A DNA stretch of 64,000 nucleotides from Phycisphaerales bacterium (GTDB lineage Bacteria > Planctomycetota > Phycisphaerae > UBA1845 > G020352895). Each line of letters begins with the position of its first letter. The stretch's first letter is position 1. The stretch is taken from contig CP070685.1 in NCBI GenBank assembly GCA_020352895.1, positions 3,356,649 to 3,420,648 on the forward strand, given 5' to 3'. The position numbers were made by a program, and so were the translations under genes. Shown here piece after piece: positions 18,786-29,177 of the stretch. The notes under the pieces were generated by a model. The model searched no databases. It was not told the origin of the DNA and was given only the letters and a program-made list of their open reading frames with translations.

Positions 18786-21230
18786 GTGCCCGAAGAAGAT
18801 CACGTACCTGGTCGGCGCATCCTGCTGCTCAGCCGACTGTTTCCCAAGGCGCCGGATCCCCGTCTGGGCATCTTCACGCTGCGGCAGGCGGAGCGCCTGC
18901 GCCACGCCGGCTTTGACATCGAAGTCATCTCGCCTGTGCCGTTCATCCCACAGGCTCTGACCCACGTCCCGCGCTGGCGGCGATACCGCAACCAGACGGC
19001 CCCTTGTGAGGTCAGCGGATTCAATGTGCATCGCCCGGCGTACTTCCGCCCACCCGGCAAGTGGTTCATCGGTTACGAACGGCAAGCCATGTGGTGGGGC
19101 ATTCGTTCCACAGTAGAGCGCCTGGCGGCAGCCCGGCCCTTCGACCTGGTCTACGCCTGGGACTTCAAGGTGGACGTGGGGGCCGGCTGTGACGCCGCCC
19201 GGCAATTGGGAATCCCCTGCGTCGGGCTGGCCATCGGCGGCGACCTCAACGTGGACGTGCGCTGGAACTCCAAGGCTCTCCAAGCCATCACCCGGAGCTT
19301 GCTGGAGTGCGACGCCATCGCCTGTGTATCCGAAGCGTTGCGTAAACGGGTGCAGGCGCTGACCCGCGGCCGGCGCGAGGCCACAGTCATCACCACCGGC
19401 GCCGACCTGACCGCCTTCCGCCCGGCGACGACCGAGGAGCGGGTAGCCATCCGCCGCGATCTTAACTGGCCCGCCGACGCCGTCGTCGTGCTCTCGGCCG
19501 GCTACCTGCTCCGGGCCAAGGGTGTGTTCGAGTTGCTCGCGGCATTTGACCGAGTAGCTGCCCGACACCCGCAGGCCATGCTCGTCTATCTGGGCGACGG
19601 GGCTGAGCGCCAGGCAATGGAAAGCAGGATCGCCGATTCACCGGTCAAGGAGCGCATCCGCCTACTTGGGCACATTCATCACCTGGACGTGGCCAGGTAC
19701 TTCCGAGCGGCTGACATCCTCGCCTTGCCCTCCTATCACGAGGGGATGCCCAACGTCGTCCTGGAGGGCATGGGCGCGGGCTTGCCGATCCTGGCCACGC
19801 GAGTAGGCGGCATACCGGAAGCCGTACCCGACGAGCGGTACGGAATCCTGGTCCCGCCGCGGGATGAGAACGAGCTGAGCCAGGCCCTGGAGCGCATGTT
19901 GGCTGACAAGCCTCTGCGCCGCTCCATGGGCGCCGCCGGTCGCCAGCGGGCCGTGGAGCACTACGATATCGAGCGGCTCACCCAACGTATGGGGGACTTC
20001 CTGGATCAGAGCGCCCGCCAAGGTCGACGCCAGCCCGAGCCCTCAGTGCCCACGATCGCCGTGATGACCGACATCAGTAGTAATGCCCCGTATTACATGG
20101 AACCGCTGGCCGCCGCGCTGCGCCCTCACCTGGAAGTCACTTGTCGGGCGAGTACCTTCATGCGCCAGCCTCTCTGGTACGACGAGTGCGGACTGCGCGA
20201 AGACCTGATGTGCTGGGTCATCCGCCTCCTGAGCAGCCACCCCAGGCTGAACACGAAAGGAACTCTCCGCAACCTGATCCGGGCGGCCGGGTATTTTACC
20301 GGCTGGCTGCAGATCATCACCGGCGCCATGCGCGAGCGCGCCCGCGTCATCCACATCCAATGGTGCATGATCCCCACGCTGGACATCTTCATGTTCGTGG
20401 TGCTCCGCTTGCTGGGCTTCCGGTTGATCTACACGGTGCACGACGCGATGCCGCACAGCGATCGCCGCTGGCGCTCAAGAATCAAGTACCGGCAACTCTA
20501 TCGCCTGGCCCACGCCCTGGTGGTGCTCTCCGAGCAGGTGGGGCGAGACCTTCAAGCCTGGGTTCTGCCCGGTATCTCCCACAAGATTCACCAGATCGAG
20601 CACGGGTTGCTGCGACCGAAGGCGCCCTGCCCCACGCGGGACGATGCCCGCCGACAACTCGGTGTCCTCTCAGATCAGGAGATGCTGCTCTTCTTCGGGG
20701 CTATTTCACCGTACAAAGGCATCGACGACCTGATCGAGGCCGCGGCGCTGGCCAGCCGGGCACGGCCCGGACTGGTCCTCTTCATTGCGGGCGACCCTCG
20801 CGAACCCTTCGATCGCTATCAGGATCTCATCGACAGGCTGGGCGTGACCGATCGGGTCCGCTCCCATCCGCAATTCGTGGACGAGTCCTTCAAGGTGAGG
20901 CTATACGCTGCCGCCGACCTGGTCATACTTCCTCACCGCGACCCCTCGCAAAGCGGCATGGGATGTGAAGCCCTGGCCTTGGGCAAGCCCCTGGTGGCTA
21001 CCGATCGAGGGGGGCTTCCCGACTTGGTCGAGCCGGGCAAGACGGGATACCTGGTACCGGCCGAGGACCCCGCAGCAATGGCCCAGGCCATAGTGGCCTT
21101 CTTCAGCCAGTCGTGCGAGCAGCAGCAGGCCATGGCCGAAGCGAGCCGACAACTCGGACTTCAGCGGTTCGATTGGAAGGTTATCGCCCGCAAACACGTG
21201 GATCTGTACCGCGCACTGGCCCGTGCTTAG
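18786..21230 (+). CDS. tandem-fused double GT4 glycosyltransferase
   Basis: There are two complete GT4-like halves. The first contains EGMPNVVLEGMGAGLPILATRVGGIPE and the second SGMGCEALALGKPLVATDRGGLPDLVE. They are joined by a short linker (..RQGRRQPEPSVPTIAVM..). GTG 18786 lies 7 nt downstream of AGGAG (18774-18778). Confidence 0.8.
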   Translation: MPEEDHVPGRRILLLSRLFPKAPDPRLGIFTLRQAERLRHAGFDIEVISPVPFIPQALTHVPRWRRYRNQTAPCEVSGFNVHRPAYFRPPGKWFIGYERQAMWWGIRSTVERLAAARPFDLVYAWDFKVDVGAGCDAARQLGIPCVGLAIGGDLNVDVRWNSKALQAITRSLLECDAIACVSEALRKRVQALTRGRREATVITTGADLTAFRPATTEERVAIRRDLNWPADAVVVLSAGYLLRAKGVFELLAAFDRVAARHPQAMLVYLGDGAERQAMESRIADSPVKERIRLLGHIHHLDVARYFRAADILALPSYHEGMPNVVLEGMGAGLPILATRVGGIPEAVPDERYGILVPPRDENELSQALERMLADKPLRRSMGAAGRQRAVEHYDIERLTQRMGDFLDQSARQGRRQPEPSVPTIAVMTDISSNAPYYMEPLAAALRPHLEVTCRASTFMRQPLWYDECGLREDLMCWVIRLLSSHPRLNTKGTLRNLIRAAGYFTGWLQIITGAMRERARVIHIQWCMIPTLDIFMFVVLRLLGFRLIYTVHDAMPHSDRRWRSRIKYRQLYRLAHALVVLSEQVGRDLQAWVLPGISHKIHQIEHGLLRPKAPCPTRDDARRQLGVLSDQEMLLFFGAISPYKGIDDLIEAAALASRARPGLVLFIAGDPREPFDRYQDLIDRLGVTDRVRSHPQFVDESFKVRLYAAADLVILPHRDPSQSGMGCEALALGKPLVATDRGGLPDLVEPGKTGYLVPAEDPAAMAQAIVAFFSQSCEQQQAMAEASRQLGLQRFDWKVIARKHVDLYRALARA

Positions 21231-21493
21231 GCCGGCCAGACGCTCATTCTCCAGGCCTGATACGCCGGAGCCGACCGGCCCCTCCGGCTGAGCTGGAAGG
21301 GGCCCGCTGGCCCCTCGCCGGCCGCCTTGAACGAATCCTGGTGAATGGGGCAGCGGCTACTGAGACTGGCCCCTGGCGGCGCAGACAAGAGGCGCACAGC
21401 ACCCCACCCCACGGAAACACTGCGCGCCTGATACAATTCTCAGACCGGCAGACCGGATCGCTCAGCCAGCCCAAGCCGCCCATTCGGACCCGA

Positions 21494-21868
21494 TCACGCC
21501 TCCGGCTTCTCCTTGGCCAGCACCGCGCGGATCTTCTCACCCTCATGCTTGGTGGTCATCTCCAGCTTGTCAGTGAAGCTGTTGTAGGTAGCCCCGTACG
21601 TGCGGACGGCGCCGTCTTTGGGCTCGAGCTTCAGCTTAAAGCCATCGAAGGAGAAGTTTCCGCTGGACTGCCGGCTCTTACCTTCCTGCGTGGCGGCCGC
21701 AGTGTAGGTCCCATCCTCGTTAAACGTGACCTTGACTAGCTGGAAGACCTTGGCGGACTCGGGCGGGTCCACGCTTTCGGTGTGCCAAGTACCCACCAAA
21801 GCGTTGCTGCACCCGGACAGCGACACCAGCAGACCCAATGACAAACAGGCCACTGCAATCCTTCTCAC
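21494..21868 (-). CDS. small lipoprotein, lipocalin-like beta-rich, function unknown
   Basis: The signal plus lipobox is LLVSLSGCSN. The mature part is short and beta-rich (VGTWHTESVD.., FSFDGFKLKLEPKDG). Confidence 0.55.
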   Translation of the reverse strand: MRRIAVACLSLGLLVSLSGCSNALVGTWHTESVDPPESAKVFQLVKVTFNEDGTYTAAATQEGKSRQSSGNFSFDGFKLKLEPKDGAVRTYGATYNSFTDKLEMTTKHEGEKIRAVLAKEKPEA

Positions 21869-22241
21869 GGCTCAGCTCCTTAATCTTCTGCGTTTCTCCG
21901 GATCACCCCGGCGCCGCGACGGCATCAGGCATCGTCCGGCATCCCACCAACGCCGGGCAGTATCCTCCCACCCGTCGCCCTGTCAAGCGATCGACGGAAG
22001 CACCCCGCAGTGGCCACGAACACGCTCCGGCCGGGAATCTGGTTCACTCAGCGCGGCCCATATACCAAGACTTGGACCCCAAATGTGGACCCAGCGCACC
22101 ACGCCCGTAACAACCATAACCGATTTGATGAAAAGCATTTAGAGCGATGCCGCGGGAAATGCAGGACCTCTTTGCCCGCCCTTTCCTTATATCTTACCGT
22201 CGCTGGGTATCAACATTCGCCGCAACCACAGGGGTCCAATT

Positions 22242-23678
22242 ATGGGGTTGACAGTCACAAACACAGAATCGCTACGCCTGCTGAACATCATTAACAACAT
22301 CTCCCAGTCCCAAACCAGAACGCTCGAACGACTCTCCACCGGCTTGAAAATCAACAAAGGCGCGGACGACCCCGCTGGCCTGATCGCCCTGACCTCGCTG
22401 CAGGCCGAGCTCACCGCGGTCGATGCCGCCATCGATAACGGCCAGCGCGCCGACGCCATCCTGAGTGTCGCCGACGGCGCCCTCCAGGAAGTCACCAACC
22501 TGCTTCTGGACATTGAATCGCTGGCCGCAGCCTCCACCAGCAGTGGCGGCCTGACGCCCGCGGAAGTCGCCGCCAATCAGGCCCAGATCGACGCGGCCGT
22601 CGACTCCATCGACCGCATCATCCGGACCACCACCTTCAACGGCAAGCGTCTCCTTGACGGCAGCTTCGGCATCGAAAGAAGCGGCATCGATACCACCGAG
22701 GTTACCGACGTCAGACTGTTCTCGCGCGGCAACTCGACTGCAGCCACGACTATAACCGTCGACGTGACTTCCGCGGCAGCGCAAGCCTCTTTCCAGCTGG
22801 TCGACCACGGCAACGCCACCAACGCCACCAGCGGCGTCACGCAGATCTCCGTCGCCGGCAAGCTCGGAACCACCACGGTCACCATAGCCGACGGCTCCAC
22901 CGCCGACCAGGTGGCCACCACCATCAACCTCTCCACAGACCTCACCGGGGTCGCAGCTTCCGCCACCAACGGCGTGGTCACGCTGTACAGCAACGGTTTC
23001 GGCTCCAGCCAGTTCGTGGCTACCGAGGTGCTTTCCGGGGGCGACGTCAACGGCACCTCTGACACCTACACCGGCAGTAACGGCAACCAGACAGGTACCG
23101 ACGCATCCGTCCTCGTCAACGGACAGGCAGCCTCCGTCGACGGCCTCAGCGTGTTCTTCAACGTGGGAGGGATCAGCGGCTCCTTCAACATGACCGAGAC
23201 CTTCGGTACCCAGACCACAACGGACTCGACCTTCACGGTCGCCACCACAGGAGGCGCCACCTTCCAATTGGGCACCGATGCCACAACCCGTTCAACAATC
23301 GGCATCGACGCCCTGTTCAGCTACATGCTGGGCGGCGGCGACACCGGCGGAGTGCTGAGCGATCTGAAGAGCGGCGGCAGCGCCAGCCTGACCAACGACG
23401 TAGCCACCGCCCTGACCGTAGCCAAGCAGGCCATCAGCGACGTGGCCACCGCCCGCGGCCGCATCGGTGCCTTTCAGAAGTTCCAGGTCCAGACCACCCT
23501 GAACAGTCTGGACGCCACCAAGGCCGGGCTCACCGACGCCAAGAGCATCATCGGTGACACCGACTATGCCAGCGAAACGGCTGAGCTGAATCGTCAGCAG
23601 GTTCTGCTGAACTCCTCGATCGCTCTGCTCGGCCTGGCCAATCAAAAGGCCGCTGCCGTGCTCTCCCTGCTCGGGTAG
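22242..23678 (+). CDS. fliC: flagellin
   Basis: The conserved N-terminal D0/D1 region is LERLSTGLKINKGADDPAGLIALTSLQAE. The C-terminal D1/D0 region is DTDYASETAELNRQQVLLNSSIALLGLANQKAAAVLSLLG. The central variable domain is Thr/Ser/Gly/Ala/Asn-rich. Confidence 0.9.
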   Translation: MGLTVTNTESLRLLNIINNISQSQTRTLERLSTGLKINKGADDPAGLIALTSLQAELTAVDAAIDNGQRADAILSVADGALQEVTNLLLDIESLAAASTSSGGLTPAEVAANQAQIDAAVDSIDRIIRTTTFNGKRLLDGSFGIERSGIDTTEVTDVRLFSRGNSTAATTITVDVTSAAAQASFQLVDHGNATNATSGVTQISVAGKLGTTTVTIADGSTADQVATTINLSTDLTGVAASATNGVVTLYSNGFGSSQFVATEVLSGGDVNGTSDTYTGSNGNQTGTDASVLVNGQAASVDGLSVFFNVGGISGSFNMTETFGTQTTTDSTFTVATTGGATFQLGTDATTRSTIGIDALFSYMLGGGDTGGVLSDLKSGGSASLTNDVATALTVAKQAISDVATARGRIGAFQKFQVQTTLNSLDATKAGLTDAKSIIGDTDYASETAELNRQQVLLNSSIALLGLANQKAAAVLSLLG

Positions 23679-23709
23679 GATCCCGGCGACGGTTCATCCG
23701 CGACAATCT

Positions 23710-23754
23710 GGCGGGCGGTCTGAAGGTCAAACCTTCCGGCCGCCCGCCGTCTTT
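23710..23754 (+). terminator. terminator between convergent flagellin and polX
   Basis: Stem GGCGGGCGG (23710-23718) pairs with CCGCCCGCC (23740-23748) and is followed by GTCTTTTCG. Confidence 0.55.
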
Positions 23755-23778
23755 TCGCTTCTCAAGAGAAATACAAGT

Positions 23779-25506
23779 TCAGGAACGCTTCCGCCGGAGC
23801 AGCTTGCCAAGCTGGGCACATGATCGCGTGTTCAGCACCAGGTCCTTGCCCGCCCACCCGCGCCGGGCCGTCATCACGCCGTAGACCATCTGGCCGAGCT
23901 GATCGTAGTGGTGCGCGTCCGTGCAGATACACAGCATCACACCGGCCTCGACCGCCTGGCGGGCATGAACGTCCTTCACGTCCAGTCGCTGCCAACTGGC
24001 ATTCAGCTCCAACATCGTCCCCGTCTCGGCCGCCTTGGCGATGATCGCGCCCCAGTCGACGTCCATGGGCTCGCGCTTACCCAGCAGGCGGCCCGAGGGA
24101 TGCCCGATCATGGTCACGTAAGGATTCTCCATGGCCGCCAGCGTCCGGGCGGTCACTTTCTTGCGATCCTGTGACAAACCGGAATGGATGCTGGCCACCA
24201 CGAGATCACACTCGGCCAGCAGATCGTCCGGGTAGTCCAGCTTGCCGCTGGAAAGAATGTCCACCTCGGTCCCTACCAGAACCTTGAGTCCTTTCATTCG
24301 CTTGTCCGCTTCGCGAATGTCACGGATGTGCTGCTCCATCCGCTCAATGCTCAGGCCGTTGGCGATCGCGCTGCTCTTACTGTGTTCGCAGATGCCGATG
24401 TACTGGTAGCCCATCTCCTTCGCCGCCCGGGCCATCTCTTCGATTGTGCACCTCCCGTCGCTGGCCACCGTATGCATGTGCAGATCACCGCGGATGTCCT
24501 CCAGCGTCACGAGGTCGGCCGACCGGGCGGCCGCGTCTGCGTCAAACTCGCCGCGATCCTCGCGCAGCTCGGGGCCCACGAACGGTGCCTTGAGCTTGGC
24601 GTAGATGCTCTTTTCAGTCTTGCCGGCGATCTGCGTGTCGCCGTCGAACAGCCCATACTCGTTGAGCTTCCATTTCTTCTTGATGGCCAGCTCGCGCAGA
24701 CGGACGTTGTGCTCCTTGGAGCCGGTGAAGTACTGCAGCGCCGCCCCGAACGACGCGGCTGGCACCACGCGAAGATCCACCTGAAGTTCCCCGCCGCCCG
24801 GGACCTCCACCGTGACCGATCCTTTCGTCGCACCGGAAGCCAGCACCGAACGTACAACATCGAATTGGGTGAACGCCTCCACGGTCTTCTTGCCCCGGGC
24901 GCACTCGCACAGCAGATCCACGTCACCCACGGTCTCCTTCCCACGCCGCAGCGAGCCGGCCACTTCCACGCGCTTGACCCCCGGCAGCTTCAGGATGCGA
25001 TCGGCCACGTCGTGAGCGACGGGCCAGGCCACCCCCAGCGGTGTCCGCCCGCTTGACTTCTCCAGGAACGCCAGCCCTGCGGCGATCTTCTTGACACTCT
25101 GCGTGCCCATTCCCGGCAGGGCGGCCAGTTGGCCGGACTCGATCGCCGCCTTGAGATCATCCACGTTCTCCACACCCAACTGCTTCCAGGCCAGGGCTAC
25201 CTTCTTCGGGCCCATTCCGGGAATCCCCAGCAAGGCTGGCAGGCCCGCCGGCACCTGGGCCTTGAGTTCCTCGTGCACTGTGATCTTGCCCGTCTCGAGG
25301 TACTGCTTGATCCGCTCGGCCTGCCCCTTGCCCACGCCGGCGATCTCCGTCAGCCGCCCCTCGCGACACATTTGCGTCACGTCACCGGCCAAGTCCTTCA
25401 GCGAGCGAGCCACGCGGCGGTACGAATTGATGCGAAACGGATCCGCACCCTGAATCTCCATCAGATCAGCGATCTGCTCAAACACAGCCGACAGCTCCCT
25501 GTTCAT
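23779..25506 (-). CDS. polX: DNA polymerase/3'-5' exonuclease PolX (Pol beta-like domain plus PHP domain)
   Basis: It has HhH motifs ([20 protein letters not shown]), the Pol-beta nucleotidyltransferase motif [16 protein letters not shown], and the C-terminal PHP motif [12 protein letters not shown]. Confidence 0.9.
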   Translation of the reverse strand: MNRELSAVFEQIADLMEIQGADPFRINSYRRVARSLKDLAGDVTQMCREGRLTEIAGVGKGQAERIKQYLETGKITVHEELKAQVPAGLPALLGIPGMGPKKVALAWKQLGVENVDDLKAAIESGQLAALPGMGTQSVKKIAAGLAFLEKSSGRTPLGVAWPVAHDVADRILKLPGVKRVEVAGSLRRGKETVGDVDLLCECARGKKTVEAFTQFDVVRSVLASGATKGSVTVEVPGGGELQVDLRVVPAASFGAALQYFTGSKEHNVRLRELAIKKKWKLNEYGLFDGDTQIAGKTEKSIYAKLKAPFVGPELREDRGEFDADAAARSADLVTLEDIRGDLHMHTVASDGRCTIEEMARAAKEMGYQYIGICEHSKSSAIANGLSIERMEQHIRDIREADKRMKGLKVLVGTEVDILSSGKLDYPDDLLAECDLVVASIHSGLSQDRKKVTARTLAAMENPYVTMIGHPSGRLLGKREPMDVDWGAIIAKAAETGTMLELNASWQRLDVKDVHARQAVEAGVMLCICTDAHHYDQLGQMVYGVMTARRGWAGKDLVLNTRSCAQLGKLLRRKRS

Positions 25507-25772
25507 CTTCCGCGCCTGCCTTTCACCCAGTCGGTCTCATATCGGTCGCCGCCTCAGCAACTGAATATAATACCACATGCATGAACCGCTTCCCTGCGCC
25601 AAGCGGCCGACCCCACCGACACCGACGTTGAACACGCGGCAGCGGTCATAACCGCCACCGTTGCCACCCAAGCCCATGGAAGGTATCCTGTATCCGTTCG
25701 TGTCGCTCTGGCGGCAGAACCCACACGCCACCAGGAACGCGGACTGTAGTCGGGCCACGCGGGCAATAGTCC

Positions 25773-28700
25773 ATGACGACGCAGCGGGACAGGCATGCTT
25801 CGGATGATCACGCCGCCGACGGCGTGGAGTCCGAGCCCCAGGCGCCGCCTACTCAGGGTACCACCGGACCCGCGAAGGACAAGCAAGCGCTTCCGCGGGA
25901 GACTGCGGCACAGCGCCCCACGGAGGACATGCTCCGCGAAAGTGCGCAACGATTCCAGATTGCGGCGCAATGTACCGCGGACCTCATCTACGAATGGGAC
26001 GTGACCAGCGATCGCCTCGAGTGGTACGGCGATATAGACGCCATCCTGGGATACGAGCCTGGTGAGTTCCCGCGGACCCTGGGAGCCTGGCAGGAGTCGA
26101 TTCACCCTGATGACGCCCACCGGCTCGCGGTGGACGTCGAGCACCGCCGAGAAAATGCAGATCCCTTTTGTACCGAGTATCGGATTCACCACAAGGACGG
26201 ATCGTGGCGATACTGGACCGATCGCAGCGCCGCAGTCATGGATGATCAGGGAAAGCCGCGCAGGTTCATCGGCGCCTGTACGGATGTCACCGAGCGAAAG
26301 AAGGCCGAAGAGATCCTGCTGGAGAGCGAGGAGCGGTTTCGAATCCTGTACGAAAGATCGCCGCTGGGGTACCAGTCCTTGGACGAGGACGGCCGCATCA
26401 TCGAACTCAACAGTGCCTGGCTCGAGACGCTCGGCTACGAACGCGAAGACGTCCTGGGGCGATGGTTCGGCGACTTCTTGACACCGGAATATGTCCCGCA
26501 TTTCCGCAGGAACTTCCCGTGCTTCAAGGCCGCCGGAAAGATCCACGGCATTCAGTTCGAAATGATTCGCAAGGACGGAAGCCACATCCATGTCGAGTTC
26601 GACGGGAGAATCGGCCACGACGAACATGGCGAGTTTAAGCAGACGCACTGCATCCTCCGCGATATAACGGAACGGACGCGGGCCCAGGAAGCCCTCCTCA
26701 GGTCAAACAGACGGATCGCAAATATCCTGGAGAGCATCAGCGACGGGTTCTTTACCCTCAGCGACAAGTTGGTCGTCACGCACTTCAACAAGGCAGCCGA
26801 GCGGCTCCTCAGCCGCTCCAGCAAGGAGGTACTCGGGCGCAAGCTCCTCGAGGCCTTCCCGGAAGCCAAAGGCTCCATCTTCGAGCGCAAGTACACCGAG
26901 GCAGTCAGAGAGAAGAAGACCCTCTCCTTCGAGGCGTATTTCGGCGTGGCGCCTTACGAGAACTGGTACGACGTCAGGGTATACCCCTACGAAGACGGCA
27001 TATCCGTCTACTTTCGAGTCACCACCGACCGGAAGCGCTCCGAAGAGATCTTCAAAGAAGGCGAACAGAAGTACCGACAGCTCTTCACAACCGTGCCAGA
27101 CGCCATCATGGTCTTCGACGCCGAGACTCGACACTTTATCGATGTGAATGAGGCGGCCGTGCGCCTCTATGGCTACACCCGCGAGGAGTTCCTCCAACTC
27201 ACCCACAGCCACATCACCGCCGAACACATAGCGTCCGAGCAGTCAATACTCGAGACGCTTAACGGTGCACGCTCCGGAGTGCCGCTCCGCTACCACAAAA
27301 AGAAGGACGGAACCGTCTTTCCCGTGGAAATCTCAGCCGGAACACTGGGTCTCGGAGGAAGACGGATGATTTACGGCGTCATCCGAGACATCGGCGCGCG
27401 CAAGCGTGTGGAGCGCGAACGCGAAGCCACTATCGAACTGTTCCGACTCGTCAACGAGGCCAAGAGCTCCCGAGAGCTCGTCGCCACAGCGACGGATTTC
27501 CTGAAGGACTGGCTGGGCTGCTCCGCCGTCGGCATCCGGCTGCGTGACGGCGACGATTTTCCGTACCACGAGACCCGAGGATTCCCGAAGGAGTTCGTGC
27601 TGGCCGAAAACAAGCTGTGCCACGCGGATGCGCAGGGCAATATTTTGCGTGACGCAGAGGGGAATCCCGTACTCGAGTGCATGTGCGGCAACGTGCTCGC
27701 CGGCCGCTTCGACCCCTCCAAGCCGTTCTTCACCGAGCGGGGGAGTTTCTGGACCAACAGCACGACACACTTGCTGGCCACCACCTCCGAAGCTGATCGG
27801 CTGGCTCGCACGCGGAACCGCTGCAACGGCCAAGGCTACGAGTCCGTGACCCTCATCCCCTTGCGTCTCGGCGATGTGACCTTCGGACTGCTCCAGTTCA
27901 ACGACGAGCGCCAAGGCCTCTTCTCGCCGGAGACAATCTCCCTTCTGGAACGGCTGGCTGACCAGCTCGCCATCGGTCTCTCCCAACGGCTCGGCGCCGA
28001 AGCTCTTCGAGAATCTGAGGACCGCTACCGAAACCTTGTCGAATGCGCCGAAGACAGCATCTACACCATCTCCCCGGAGGGCATCATCACTTCTCTGAAC
28101 AGCGCCTTTGAGACGATCACCGGCTGGCCGCGCGACCAATGGATCGGCAGGAGTTTCAGTGAACTGCTTCACCCCGAGGATCGGAACCTTTCCGCGCAGA
28201 TGCTCAAAGCCGTGTTGCGCGGCGAGACCCCGCCGACACACGAGGTACGCATCCGGACCAAGTCGGGAGACCACCTGGTGGGAGAGTTTACCGAAACGCT
28301 GCACACGCGAGGCAACAAGGTCGTCGGGGTGCTGGGCATCGCCCGCGACATCACCGCACGCAAGCGGGCCGAGGAGGAACTGGCCCGATACCACGATCAA
28401 CTGGAGGACTTAGTGCGAGACCGAACCACCGAGCTCCAGGCTTCGCAAGAACGTCTGCGAAGGTCGGAGCGGCTCGCCAGTCTTGGAACCTTCGCGGCCG
28501 GCATCGCTCACGAAATGAACAATCCCCTCGGGCTGATGAAGCTGGAGATCGCCAGAGCGCTGCAGACGCTGGACAATCCGGCATCTCTTCGACACATCCT
28601 GGAAGCTGCCAACACCCAAGTGAGCCGCTGCGGCCGCGTCGTCGAGAACATCCTGCTGTTTGCCAGGAAACCCCGCCCCATCAAAGGGCCCGCCGACCTG

Positions 28701-29177
28701 AACGCCATCATCCGCTCTGCTTGCGACCCAGCCTCCGAATATGCCCGCAGACGCGGCGTGACTCTCCGCCTCGACTTGGCTGACGCTGTCAAGCGCGTTC
28801 CGGCGGACGCGACCGCCATGGGACAGGTCATGGCGAACCTGATCTACAACGCTGTCCAGGCTTCAGACCGGGGAGCGACTGTCATCGTTCAGGTTCGGCA
28901 AACCCCTCTGGCTACCCGTGTCGTGGTTCGCGACAGCGGCTGCGGAATGACCGAGGAGCAGCGCCGAAAAGCCTTCGACCCCTTCTACACCACTCGCCTC
29001 CACGAGGGCGGAACCGGCCTGGGCCTGAGCATCTGTCACAGCATTGTTAGCGACCACGGGGGAACGATTCACCTCGAGAGTGAACCCGGCGCTGGGACCA
29101 CCGTAACCGTGGAACTGCCCATGCAGGTTGCCGCGCAGCAGAATGGAGACTCCCATGTCAAAAGTGCTGGTAGTTGA
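25773..29177 (+). CDS. multi-PAS/GAF sensor histidine kinase
   Basis: There are several PAS/PAC-like repeats (e.g. W..GD....LGYEPGEF, E.RFR.LYE.SP.GY) and a GAF-like segment. The HisKA H-box is FAAGIAHEMNNPL. The HATPase_c boxes are VRDSGCGM and GGTGLGLSICHSIV. No TM segments are seen. The exact start is uncertain. Confidence 0.85.
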   Translation: MTTQRDRHASDDHAADGVESEPQAPPTQGTTGPAKDKQALPRETAAQRPTEDMLRESAQRFQIAAQCTADLIYEWDVTSDRLEWYGDIDAILGYEPGEFPRTLGAWQESIHPDDAHRLAVDVEHRRENADPFCTEYRIHHKDGSWRYWTDRSAAVMDDQGKPRRFIGACTDVTERKKAEEILLESEERFRILYERSPLGYQSLDEDGRIIELNSAWLETLGYEREDVLGRWFGDFLTPEYVPHFRRNFPCFKAAGKIHGIQFEMIRKDGSHIHVEFDGRIGHDEHGEFKQTHCILRDITERTRAQEALLRSNRRIANILESISDGFFTLSDKLVVTHFNKAAERLLSRSSKEVLGRKLLEAFPEAKGSIFERKYTEAVREKKTLSFEAYFGVAPYENWYDVRVYPYEDGISVYFRVTTDRKRSEEIFKEGEQKYRQLFTTVPDAIMVFDAETRHFIDVNEAAVRLYGYTREEFLQLTHSHITAEHIASEQSILETLNGARSGVPLRYHKKKDGTVFPVEISAGTLGLGGRRMIYGVIRDIGARKRVEREREATIELFRLVNEAKSSRELVATATDFLKDWLGCSAVGIRLRDGDDFPYHETRGFPKEFVLAENKLCHADAQGNILRDAEGNPVLECMCGNVLAGRFDPSKPFFTERGSFWTNSTTHLLATTSEADRLARTRNRCNGQGYESVTLIPLRLGDVTFGLLQFNDERQGLFSPETISLLERLADQLAIGLSQRLGAEALRESEDRYRNLVECAEDSIYTISPEGIITSLNSAFETITGWPRDQWIGRSFSELLHPEDRNLSAQMLKAVLRGETPPTHEVRIRTKSGDHLVGEFTETLHTRGNKVVGVLGIARDITARKRAEEELARYHDQLEDLVRDRTTELQASQERLRRSERLASLGTFAAGIAHEMNNPLGLMKLEIARALQTLDNPASLRHILEAANTQVSRCGRVVENILLFARKPRPIKGPADLNAIIRSACDPASEYARRRGVTLRLDLADAVKRVPADATAMGQVMANLIYNAVQASDRGATVIVQVRQTPLATRVVVRDSGCGMTEEQRRKAFDPFYTTRLHEGGTGLGLSICHSIVSDHGGTIHLESEPGAGTTVTVELPMQVAAQQNGDSHVKSAGS

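Noticed and set aside
16958-21500. An integrated genomic island at tRNA-Lys.
   Set aside because: There is no integrase, excisionase or transposase, and I could not find a direct repeat of the tRNA 3' end downstream. I kept it only as a low-key observation about GT gene placement.
22100-22241. A sigma-28 (TAAA-N15-GCCGATAA) or sigma-54 promoter upstream of flagellin.
   Set aside because: No convincing match. The closest sigma-54-like string (CAGGACCTCTTTGCC) has wrong GG-to-GC spacing, and no GCCGATAA-like -10 was seen.
25537-25758. A small 73-codon ORF (GTG start, minus strand) upstream of polX. It has a lipobox-like LVAC and a Gly-rich stretch (GLGGNGGGYDRC).
   Set aside because: It has no RBS and mixed third-position composition. 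It overlaps the likely promoter region of the divergent kinase gene and matches no family. Coding status cannot be supported from sequence alone.
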